A stretch of 64,000 nt of DNA from Mustelus asterias (Eukaryota). This document shows, one piece after another, positions 12,301 to 23,000 of the stretch. Below the pieces are notes generated by a model. That model saw nothing but the letters and a program-made list of their open reading frames with translations. It was not told where the DNA came from and ran no database searches. The first letter of the stretch is position 1; each line of letters opens with the position of its first letter. A program made the position numbers and the translations under genes. The DNA is taken from the NCBI RefSeq assembly GCF_964213995.1, contig NW_027590890.1, positions 62,001 to 126,000 of the forward strand. The letters run 5' to 3'.

Positions 12301-12505
12301 CGCTCCTTTCCAATCCACGGGGACTGTTCAGCAGCAAAAGGATGACAAGCTGGAAGTGACTGGTTAACGCTGCTCAATGATAGGGTGGATTGAAGCATCC
12401 TCACAGCTCAGTAAATGGACAGTTCTGGAGTTCAGCAACATTGAACAAACATTATAAACCAAAAACAGGATCCCAATGGCAACAGTGGAACATTCTGGAA
12501 CTCAC

Positions 12506-12614
12506 CGTCTTTGTCGCTTTCGGAATATGTAAATCCCAATTCCAGCAACAACAAAAACAGCAACAAGAATTCCGATTCCCAATCCAACTCTTGCTCTATC
12601 CGGGAGTCCAGGAC
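12506..12614 (-). CDS. B7/BTN-like gene exon 5 (transmembrane)
   Basis: Acceptor ttctgtctctag|GT and donor AGACG|gtgag. Encodes GPGLPDRARVGLGIGILVAVFVVAGIGIYIFRKRQR, a hydrophobic helix followed by a basic stop-transfer. Phase 1 to phase 2. Confidence 0.88.
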
Positions 12615-13249
12615 CTAGAGACAGAACGAAGCCATTAACAGACTGGGACACACTCACAAAACTAACAGCAGAGACCTTCAGCACCGAGTGTTTCAGAACC
12701 GTCACCAGTACAAACAGATCCCTGGTTAATTCTAGTCCTGGAGGGATGTGGGAGTTTAGACACCGATAATCACACACACACCAGGTCACCCCACAGCTCC
12801 TTGCACACACACACTGCCCCACAATGTGATCGATACATGCTTTCCAATAGAGATAACTGGACACTGAGTAGCAGCAGCCTCCCTCTAATTCAACCCAACA
12901 GCACGCTGAACTAGCAGGAGATTTTAAAATAATTTACCAATCGGAAAAGGCCACGGGATTGTGTGGAATGCCGGATTACACCCGGGTAAATATTTCTCTC
13001 CACTGACTTCACCCAGTGTTACATCCAATCCCATCAGTTTCCCAACAGGTGGGTTTGGGTAAAATTGTACCCAGACTTTCCACACAGAATTCCAGAAACA
13101 CTAATGCTCGTGGGAAGCAGGAATCCTCACAGTTCTGTATCTGAGGGACAGGAAGGTGAGGCTCAAACAGAATAACAAATCCCAGTGGTTGCAGGACCAG
13201 TTACAGGTAACAGTGACTCACATCACTCACTCTCACACAATCATTCTTG

Positions 13250-13556
13250 GGTGGCACAGTAGCACAGTGATTAGCACTGCTGTCTCACAGCGCCAGGGAC
13301 CCGGGTTCGATTCCTGGCTTGGGTCACTGTCTGTGTGGAGTTTGCAAGTTCTCCCTGTGTCTGTGTGGGTTTCCTCCGGGTGCTCCGGTTTCCTCCCACA
13401 GTCTGGAAGACGTGCTGGTTAGGGTGCATTGACCCGAACTTGCACCGGAGTGTGGCGACTTGGGGAATTTCTCAGTAACTTCATTGCAGTGTTAATGTAA
13501 GCCTTACCTGTGACTAATAAATAACTTTTAATAAATAAACTAATAAACTTTACTTT
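13250..13556 (+). mobile_element. tRNA-derived HE1-family SINE
   Basis: A box TGGCACAGTAG, B box GGTTCGATTCC, core CTGTGTGGAGTTTGCA...GGTTTCCTCCGGGTGCTCCGGTTTCCTCCCACA, and an AATAAACT repeat tail. Confidence 0.85.
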
Positions 13557-13639
13557 CAAACCTTCCAGTGTTACTCGCTGTCTATCCAGAATGATGCAAC
13601 ACGCTGAAAACACATGCAGTAGTTTAGAAACAGATTTAC

Positions 13640-13678
13640 CTGGTACAGGTGTGTTCGGTCCAGGTGTAGGAAGTCGCT
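13640..13678 (-). CDS. B7/BTN-like gene exon 4 (39-nt Pro/Thr stalk)
   Basis: Acceptor atgttttctttag|AG and donor CCAG|gtaaat. Symmetric phase 1-1, encoding ERLPTPGPNTPVP. Confidence 0.72.
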
Positions 13679-14214
13679 CTAAAGAAAACATAATATGTTT
13701 AGTATTGTGTGTGACACAAACTACAGAAATGGTCAAAGACTATCGGGCTTTAGGGAAAAACATCCAGGGAGCAACGAGACTCGACTCAAACTGATCAGGA
13801 AGGATCAGGAACAGGGTCGGCAGAGTGAAAAGTCCAACAGGATTGCATTAACTGTGATGGGTAGAATGGAAGTTTTCCAGAGTTCCCCTGAGCAGGATCA
13901 TTCCCAGCAGCCTACATCCCCGTGGAGAGAATCCCCACAGGATCCTGGGCCTACTGGGAACAAGGCAAGTGCACTGGGTCTTGTCAAGGCTGCCTGAGAG
14001 GTGTTACAGACCCCACCTCCTGCACCCCAACATTCTGACTCAATACCTGGGTCACAGCCAGTGATCCCTTCAGTTTTATTCTGGTTTCTCTGTCCAGTGG
14101 TTTGATACAAACTGATTGAAGTGTTTGAGCAAGTCAGAGGGCAGTTAAAAGTCACCCAGGTTAATGTGGGACTGGAGTCACATATAGACCAGACTGGGTA
14201 CACACGTACATCGA

Positions 14215-14955
14215 TACAAACATATGAATTGGGAGCAGGAGGCGGCCACTCGAGCCTGCTCCACCATTCAATAAGATCATGGCTCACCTGACTAACTTCA
14301 ACCACACATTCCCGCCGACCCCTGATAACCTTTCACCCCCCCCCATCCCCTTATTAACCTTTCACCCTCGTTAATCAAGAATCTATCTCACTCTGCCTTT
14401 AAAATATTCAAAGACACTGTATCCACTGCCATTTGAGGCAGAGAGTTCCAGAAACTCACAACCTACCAAGAGAGAAGAAATTATCCTCACCTCCATGTTA
14501 AGTGAGAGCCCTAATTTTTAATCAGTGATCCCTGGTTCTAGATTCTCCTACAAGAGGGAACATCCTCTCCACATCCACCCTGTCGATACCCCTCAGGATC
14601 TTAAAGGTTTCCATCAAGTCGCCTCTTACTCTTCTGAACTCTGGTGGATACAGACCTAACCTCTCCAAACTTTCCTCATAAGACACCCAGCCCCTTCCTG
14701 GGATTAGTCTGGTAAACCTTCTCTGAACCGCTTCAAACACTGTTACATATTTCCTTAAATAAGGAGACCAATACTGTACACAATACTCTCGATGTGGTCT
14801 CACCAATGCCCCGTACAATTGAAACATAACCTCATTACTTTATCCAAGTCCCCTCACAGCAAACAATAACGGTCCATTAGTATTGCTAATTACTTGTTGT
14901 ACCTGTATATCAGCCTTTTGTGATTCAAGCACTAGAACACCCAGATCCCTCTGCA
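14215..14955 (-). mobile_element. CR1 LINE 3' fragment (RT C-terminus + 3' UTR)
   Basis: ORF 14522-14827: LYGALVRPHREYCVQYWSPYL...VQRRFTRLIPG...RGDLMETFKILRGIDRVD. Confidence 0.88.
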
Positions 14956-15121
14956 CGATGGCAGGTTTCCTTCCCTAAAGGGACATTAGTGAACCAGTCG
15001 GGGTTTTATAATCCAACAGTTTCCTGGTCACTTTTATTAGGACCAACTTTATATTTCCAGATTTTTATTTCATAAACTGAATTTAAATTCTGAAAGTGCC
15101 ATGGTGGGATTTGAACTCACA

Positions 15122-15467
15122 TTAGAATAGAATAGAATAGAAACCCTACAGTACAGAAAGAGGCCATTCGGCCCATCGAGTCTGCACCGACCACAATCCC
15201 ACCCAGGCCCTACCCCCATATATTGTACTCACTAATCCCTCTAACCTATGCATCTCAGGACACTAAGGGGCAATTTTAGCACAGCCAATCAACCTAACCC
15301 GCACATCTTTGGACTGTGGGAGGAAACCGGAGCACCCGGAGGAAACCCACGCAGACACGAGGAGAATGTGCAAACTCCACACAGACAGTGACCCGAGCCG
15401 GGAATCGAACCCAGGACCCTGGAGCTGTGAAGCAGCAGTGCTAACCACTGTGCTACCGTGCCGCCCT
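15122..15467 (-). mobile_element. HE1 SINE, full length
   Basis: tRNA-like head GGGCGGCACGGTAGCACAGTGG...GGTTCGATTCC, conserved core, CR1-derived 3' end and (ATTCT)n tail. Confidence 0.92.
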
Positions 15468-15578
15468 CGGGATTCTCCCACATTCTCGGGATTATTTGTT
15501 TCATAACATAACCACTGCATGACTGAACCCATAAAATCAGGGATTAAATACAGAATTTCTGAAACAGAAACCTCTCAC

Positions 15579-15923
15579 CTGTTACAGAGAGATAGACGAG
15601 ATCAAATTGCTCCCAATAATATCCTGCACTCGTCCTCTTGTAAATCTGACACTGATACTGGTTCTGGTCTGACTCCCTGAGGTCAGAGAGCAGAACTGAC
15701 CAGTTTCCTTGTTCCAGTTGATATCTGAACAGCTTTGTTCTGTTTCTGAACCGTGGGTCTTGTTCCCTCAAATCATCGTTTCCATTGACAAACTTGTGCA
15801 AAAATTTATGTTTGGGTGTCCCCCAGATTACCTGTAAATCTGAGACTGGGACATTCCCGTTGTAGGTACAGGGCAGCACAACCTGCTCCGCAAGGAACCC
15901 AGAAACTGGGACAGGCGAGTCAC
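15579..15923 (-). CDS. B7/BTN-like gene exon 3 (IgV domain)
   Basis: Acceptor caatcttttccag|GT and donor ACAG|gtgaga; 345 nt, phase 1-1. Reads VVLPC...VIW...EQDPRFRNRTKLF...GNWSVLLSDLRESDQNQYQC...LSVT, a B7-family V-set pattern. Confidence 0.95.
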
Positions 15924-16714
15924 CTGGAAAAGATTGAAAGTATTTATCCACAGATATAACCTCCCTGCTGGTACATTACATCCCAAGCTTCACATGGTTA
16001 CACTGCCATGCTTGATTTACAAGAAGCACTGATCAATACCTCACTGCTTTCATTTGTGTGGGAAGGTTAAAGCTCAGGCATTGAGGGCCTTCAACTAAAC
16101 CCAGCTTGTGCTGGATATTTGTAAGCACAGAGCAGCTGGACAGCACTTTCAATCACATGTTTTCCATTTGTCCACATGCTGGGAGAACACATCAGGATAT
16201 TGGTCACCTCCCCTTGGGAGAAAAATCACAGACTGGGGGGTGGACAATGTGAGGTGGAACTCAGGAGCTGAAAACTGACCCGAAAACCAAATGGATTCAC
16301 CAACCTGATGACCCGACTCCCCACGCTCCTAGATAATTCCCAGCTCTATTTGATCCCAGTGCGGTCCCAGACTCCTGATTCCAGAGCTCAGGATCTCATC
16401 CCAGTTCCACTTGATCCCTGTCACCCATTCCAGTGTCACCCAGTCATCATTCCAATGTCACCCAGGCACCCATCCCAGTGTCACTGAGTGTTGCTCGGTG
16501 TCCAGATCCCACTGTTCACCTCACAGGGGTTAATGTGAAGACATTAGCTGCCTTCCTTTCAGCTCTGATGATCATTGTGTGTGGTGTGAAGCTACGGGGC
16601 CCAATCCCTCATTGGCTCCACTTACAGTTCACACAGCAGCTTAAAGCAAGATGTATTCCTGATCCCCCCACCCTTTGATCAGAGCTGAAATGTTCCAGCA
16701 GTCACAGCTCTTAC

Positions 16715-16778
16715 CTGAAACAGCAGCAACAACACTGAGCAGCAGCAGCAGCAGCAGGAGTTTGTGGAAGGTGTGTCC
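16715..16778 (-). CDS. B7/BTN-like gene exon 2 (signal peptide core)
   Basis: Acceptor tgttttcttgttgcag|GG and donor TCAG|gtaaga; 64 nt, phase 0-1. Encodes GHTFHKLLLLLLLLSVVAAVS and has no ATG. Confidence 0.9.
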
Positions 16779-16834
16779 CTGCAACAAGAAAACACAGTTA
16801 CCCCCTTTACAACTGATTCACTTCCTGCTCAGAT

Positions 16835-16965
16835 TGATGATTGGACTGCCCAAAACTTCCAGTGCAAAGAATTGTCCTCCTGCCCAGGATTATGTGCTGA
16901 GGGACACACTCAAGCTTGGAGCAGCTGCTGCCAGGGCACGATGGGGAAAGGTCACTGTGTAAGGC
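16835..16965 (+). mobile_element. Tx1/L1-like LINE 3' fragment
   Basis: QDYVLRDTLKLGAAAARARWGKVTV*, homologous to 51268-51345. Confidence 0.65.
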
Positions 16966-17028
16966 TTTTAAGCCCAGTCATACTGAAGGGCTGTTAAAGA
17001 TCTATAAACCCTGAGACTGAGAGTTTAA

Positions 17029-20000
17029 TGTCAGAGGGTGAGTGCTGAGGGAGTGCCGCACTGTCAGAGGGTCAGTACTGAGGGAGTGCCGCATTGTTAG
17101 AGGGTCAGTACTGAGGAACTGCCGCACTGTCAGAGGGTCAGGACTGAGGGAGTGCTGCACTGTCAGAGGGTCAGTACTGAGAGAGTGCCGCACTGTCAGA
17201 GGGTCAGTACTGAGGGAGTGCCACACTGTCAGAGGGTCAGTGCTGAGGGAGTGCCGCACTGTCAGAGGGTCAGTGCTGAGGGAGTGCCGCACTGTCAGAG
17301 GGTCAGTACTGAGGGAGTGCCGCACTGTCAGAGGGTCAGAGCTGAAGGAGTGCTGCATTGTGAGAGGGTCAGTACTGAGGGAGTGCCGCACTGTCAGAGG
17401 ATCAGTACTGAGGGAGTGCCGCACTGTCAGAGAGTCAGTACTGAGGGAGTGCCGCACTGTCAGAGGGTCAGTACTGAGGGAGTGTCGCACTGTCAGAGAG
17501 TCAGTACTGAGGGAGTGATGCACTGTCAGAGGGTCAGTGCTGAGGGAGTGCTGCACTGTCAGAGGGTCAGTACTGAGGGAGTGCCGCACTGTCAGAGAGT
17601 CAGTACTGAGGGAGTGATGCACTGTCAAAGGGTCAGTACTGAGGGAGTGCCGCACTGTTAGAGGGTCTGTACTGAGGGAGCACCGCACTGCCAGAGGGTG
17701 TGCTGCACTGTCAGAGGGTCAGGACTGAGGGGGTGCCGCACTGTGGGAGGGTCAGTACTCAGGGAGTGCCGCACTGTCAGAGGGTCAGAGCTGAAGGAGT
17801 GCTGCATTGTGAGAGGGTCAGTACTGAGGGAGTGCCGCACTGTCAGAGGATCAGTACTGAGGGAGTGCCGCACTGTCAGAGGGTCAGTACTGAGGGAGTG
17901 CCGCACTGTCAGAGGGTCAGTACTGAGAGAGTGCCGCACTGTCAGAGGGTCAGGACTGAGGGAGTGCCACACTGTCAGAGGGTCAGTACTGAGGGAGTGC
18001 CGCACTGTCAGAGGGTCAGTGCTGAGAGAGTGCCGCACTGTCAGAGGGTCAGTGCTGAGGGAGTGGCTCAGTGTCAGAGGGAGCACCGCACTGTCAGAGG
18101 GAGTGCTGCACTGTCAGAGGGAGTGCTGCACTGTCAGAGGGTCAGTACTGAGGGAGTGCTGCACTGTCAGAGGGTCAGTACTGAGGGAGTGCCGCACTGT
18201 CAGAGGGTCAGTACTGAGGGAGTGCCGGACTGCCAGAGGGTCAGTACTGAGGGAGTGATGCACTGTCAAAGGGTCAGTACTGAGGGAGTGCCGCACTGTT
18301 AGAGGGTCTGTACTGAGGGAGCACCGCACTGCCAGAGGGTGTGCTGCACTGTCAGAGGGTCAGTACTGAGGGGGTGCCGCACTGTCAGAGGGTCAGAGCT
18401 GAAGGAGTGCTGCATTGTGAGAGGGTCAGGACTGAGGGAGTGCCGCACTGTCAGAGGGTCAGTACTGAGGGAGTGCCGCACTGTCAGAGGGTCAGTACTG
18501 AGGGAGTGCCGCACTGTCAGAGGGTCAGTACTGAGAGAGAACTGCAGCGCCAGAGGGTCAGTACTGAGGGAGTGCTGCACTGTCAGAGAGTCAGTCCTGA
18601 GTGAGTGCCGCACTGTCAGAGGGTCAGTACTGAGTGAGTGCCATACTGTCAGAGGGTCAGTACTGAGGGAGAGCCGCACTGTCAGAGGGTCTGTCCTGAG
18701 GGAGCACCGCACTGTCAGGGGGGTGCTGCACTGTCAGAGGGTCAGTACTGAGGGAGTGCCGCATTGTCAGAGGGTCAGTACTGAGGGAGTGCTGCACTGT
18801 CAGAGGGTCAGTACTGAGGGAATGCCGTATTTTGAGAGGGTCAGTACAGAGGGAGTGCCCCACTGTCAGAGGGTCAGTGCTGAGGGAGTGCTGCACTGTC
18901 AGAGGTTCAGTACTGAGGGAGTGCTGCACTGTCAGAGGGTCAGTACTAAGGGAGTGCCGCACTGTCAGAGGGTCAGTACTGAGGGAGTGCTGCACTGTCA
19001 GAGGGTCAGAACTGAGAGAGTGCCCCACTGTCAGAGGGTCAGTACTGAGGGAGTGCTGCACTGTCAGAGGGTCAGTACTGAGGGAGTGCCGCACTGTCAG
19101 AGGGTCAGTGCTGAGGGAGTGCCGCACTGTCAGAGGGTCAGTGCTGAGGGAGTGCCGCACTGCTAGACGATTGAGGGAGTGCTACACTGTCAGAGGGTCA
19201 GTATTGAGGAATTGCTACATTGACAGAGGGTCAGCACTGAGGGAGTGCTGCACTGCCAGAGGGTCAGTACAGAGAGAGTGCCGCACTGTCAGAGGGTCAG
19301 TGCTGAGGGAGTGCCGCACTGTCAGAGGGTCAGTGCTGAGGGAGTGCCGCACTGTCAGAGGATCAGTACTGAGGGAGTGCCGCACTGTCAGAGGGTCAGT
19401 GCTGAGGGAGTGCTGCACTGTCAGAGGGTCAGTACTGAGGCAGTGCCGCACTGTCAGAGGGTCAGTGCTGAGGGAGTGCCGCACTGTCAGAGGATCAGTA
19501 CAGAGAGAGTGCCGCACTGTCAGAGGGTCAGTCCAGAGGAAGTGCCACACTGTCAGAGGGTCAGTACTCAGGGTGAGCTGCACTGTGAGAGGGTCAGTGC
19601 TGAGAGAGTGCCAGACTGTCAGAGGGTCAGTACTGAGGGAATGCTGCACTGTCAGAGGGTCAGTACTGAGGGAATGCTGCACTGTCAGAGGGTCAGTACT
19701 GAGGGAGTGCTGCACTGTCAGAGGGTCAGTACTGAGGGAGTGCTGCACTGTCAGAGGGTCAGTACAGAGGGAGTGCCAGACTGTCAGAGGGTCAGTACTG
19801 AGGGAGTGCCGCACTGTCAGAGGGTCAGCACTGAGGGGGTGCCGCACAGTGGGAGGGTCAGGACTGAGGGAGTGCCGCACAGTCAGAGGGTCAGTACAGA
19901 GGAAGTGCCGCACTGTCAGAGAGTCAGTACAGAGTGAGTGCCGCACTGTTAGAGGGTCTGTACTGAGGGAGCACCGCACTGTCAGAGGGTCAGGACTGAG

Positions 20001-23000
20001 GGGGTGCCGCACTGTGGGAGGGTCAGTGCTGAGTGAGCGCTGCACTGTCAGAGGGTCAGTACTGAGGGAGTGCCGCACTGTCAGAGGGTCAGTACTGAGG
20101 GAGTGCCGCACTGTCAGAGGGTCAGTACTGAGGGAGTGCCGCACTGTCAGAGGGTCAGTACTGAGGGAGTGCCGCACTGTCAGAGGGTCAGTACTGAGGG
20201 AGTGCTGCACTGTCCGAGGGTCCGTACTGAGGGAGTGCCGCACAGTCCGAGGGTCAGTGCCGAGGGAGTGCCGCACAGTCCGAGGGTCAGTACTGAGGGA
20301 GCACCGCACTGTCAGAGGGTCAGTGCTGAGGGAGTGCCGCACTGTCAGAGGCTCAGTACAGAGGGAGTGCCACATTGTCAGAGGGTCAGTACTCAGGGAG
20401 TGCCGCACAGTCCGAGGGTCAGTACTGAGGGAGTGCCGCACAGTCCGAGGGTCAGAGCTGAGGGAGTGCCGCACTGTCAGAGGGTCAGTACTGAGGGAGT
20501 GCCGCACTGTCAGAGGGTCAGTGCTGAGGGAGTGCCGCCCAGTCCGAGGGTCAGTACTGAGGGAGTGCCGCACTGTCAGAAGGTCAGTACTGAGGGAGTG
20601 CCGCACTGTCAGAGAGTCAGTACTGAGGGAGTGCTGCACTGTCAGAGGGTCAGTACTGAGGGAGTGCCACACTGTCAGAGGGTCAGTACTGAGGGAGTGC
20701 CGCACTGTCAAAGGGTCAGTACTGAGGGAGTGCCGCACTGTTAGAGGGTCTGTACTGAGGGGGCACCGCACTGCAAGAGGGTGTGCTGCACTGTCAGAGG
20801 GTCAGGACTGAGGGGGTGCCGGACTGTCAGAGGGTCAGTACTGAGAGAGAACTGCACTGTCAGAGGGTCAGTCCTGAGTGAGTGCCGCACTGTCAGAGGG
20901 TCAGTACTGAGTGAGTGCCGTACTGTCAGAGGATCAGTACTGAGGGAATGCCGCACTGTCAGAGGGTCAGTACTGAGAGAGAACTGCACTGTCAGAGGGT
21001 CAGTACTGAGGGAGTGCTGCACTGTCAGAGAATCAGTCCTGAGTGAGTGCCGCACTGTCAGAGGGTCAGTACTGAGGGAGTGCCGCAATGTCAGAGGGTC
21101 AGTACTGAGGGAGTGCCGCACTGTCAGAGGGTCAGTACTGAGGGAGTGCCGCACTGTCAGAGGGTCAGTACTGAGTGAGTGCCGTACTGTCAGAGGATCA
21201 GTACAGAGAGAGTGCCGCACTGTCAGAGGGTCAGTCCAGAGGAAGTGCCACACTGTCAGAGGGTCAGTACTCAGGTTGAGCTGCACTGTGAGAGGGTCTG
21301 TGCTGAGAGAGTGCCGCACTGTCAGAGAGTCTGTACTCAGGGAGCACCGCACTGTCAGAGGGAGTGCTGCACTGTCAAAGGGTCAGTACTGAGGGAGTGC
21401 CGCACTGTTAGAGGGTCTGTACTGAGGGAGCACCGCACTGCCAGAGGGTGTGCTGCACTGTCAGAGGGTCAGGACTGAGGGGGTGCCGCACTGTGGGAGG
21501 GTCAGTACTCAGGGAGTGCCGCACTGTCAGAGGGTCAGAGCTGAAGGAATGCTGCATTGTGAGAGGGTCAGTACTGAGGGAGTGCCGCACTGTCAGAGGA
21601 TCAGTACTGAGGGAGTGCCGCACTGTCAGAGGGTCAGAACTGAGGGAGTGCCGCACTGTCAGAGGGTCAGTACTGAGAGAGTGCCGCACTGTCAGAGGGT
21701 CAGTACTGAGGGAGTGCCACACTGTCAGAGGGTCAGTACTGAGGGAGTGCCGCACTGTCAGAGGGTCAGTACTGAGGGAGTGCCGCACTGTCAGAGGGTC
21801 AGTGCTGAGAGAGTGCCGCACTGTCAGAGGGTCAGTGCTGAGGGAGTGGCTCAGTGTCAGAGGGAGCACCGCACTGTCAGAGGGAGTGCTGCACTGTCAG
21901 AGGGTCAGTACTGAGGGAGTGCTGCACTGTCAGAGGGTCAGTACTGAGGGAGTGCCGGACTGCCAGAGGGTCAGTACTGAGGGAGCGCCGCACTGTCAGA
22001 GGGTCAGTGCTGAGGGAGTGCCGCACTGTCAGAGAGTCAGTGCTGAGGGAGTGCCGCACTGTTAGACGGTCTGTACTGAGGGAGCACCACACTGCCAGAG
22101 GGTGTGCTGCACTGTCAGAGGGTCAGTACTGAGGGAGTGATGCACTGTCAAAGGGTCAGTACTGAGGGAGTGCCGCACTGTTAGAGGGTCAGTGCTGAGG
22201 GAGTGCCGCACTGTTAGAGGGTCTGTACTGAGGGAGCACCGCACTGCCAGAGGGTGTGCTGCACTCTCAGAGGGTCAGTACTGAGGGAGTGCCGCACTGT
22301 CAGAGGGTCAGAGCTGAAGGAGTGCTGCATTGTGAGAGGGTCAGTACTGAGGGAGTGCCGCACTGTCAGAGGATCAGTACTGAGGGAGTGCTGCACTGTC
22401 AGAGGGTCAGTACTGAGGGAGTGCCGCACTGTCAGAGGGTCAGTACTGAGAGAGAACTGCAGCGCCAGAGGGTCAGTACTGAGGGAGTGCTGCACTGTCA
22501 GAGAGTTAGTCCTGAGTGAGTGCCGCACTGTCAGAGGGTCAGTACTGAGTGAGTGCCATACTGTCATTGGGTCAGTACTGAGGGAGAGCCGCACTGTCAG
22601 AGGGTCTGTCCTGAGGGAGCACCGCACTGTCAGGGGGGTGCTGCACTGTCAGAGGGCCAGGACTGAGGGAGAGATGCATTGTCAGAGGGTCAGAGCTGAG
22701 GAAATGCCGCACTGTCAGAGGGTCAGTACTGAGGGAGAGGTGCATTGTCAGAGGGTCAGTACTGAGGGAGTGCTGCACTGTCAGAGGGTCAGTACTGAGG
22801 GAATGCCGTATTTTGAGAGGGTCAGTACAGAGGGAGTGCCCCACTGTCAGAGGTTCAGTGCTAAGGGAGTGCTGCACTGTCAGAGGTTCAGTACTGAGGG
22901 AGTGCCGCACTGTCAGAGGGTCAGTACTGAGGGAGTGCTGCACTGTCAGAGGGTCAGAACTGAGAGAGTGCCCCACTGTCAGAGGGTCAGTACTGAGGGA

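Noticed and set aside
13250-13330. tRNA genes (also at 15400-15467 and 52770-52830)
   Set aside because: The A/B boxes belong to SINE heads followed by SINE core and tail, and there is no full cloverleaf.
15544-15951. Rearranging Ig/TCR V segment
   Set aside because: No RSS follows it. The exon includes the G strand, ends in a splice donor and has B7-type motifs.
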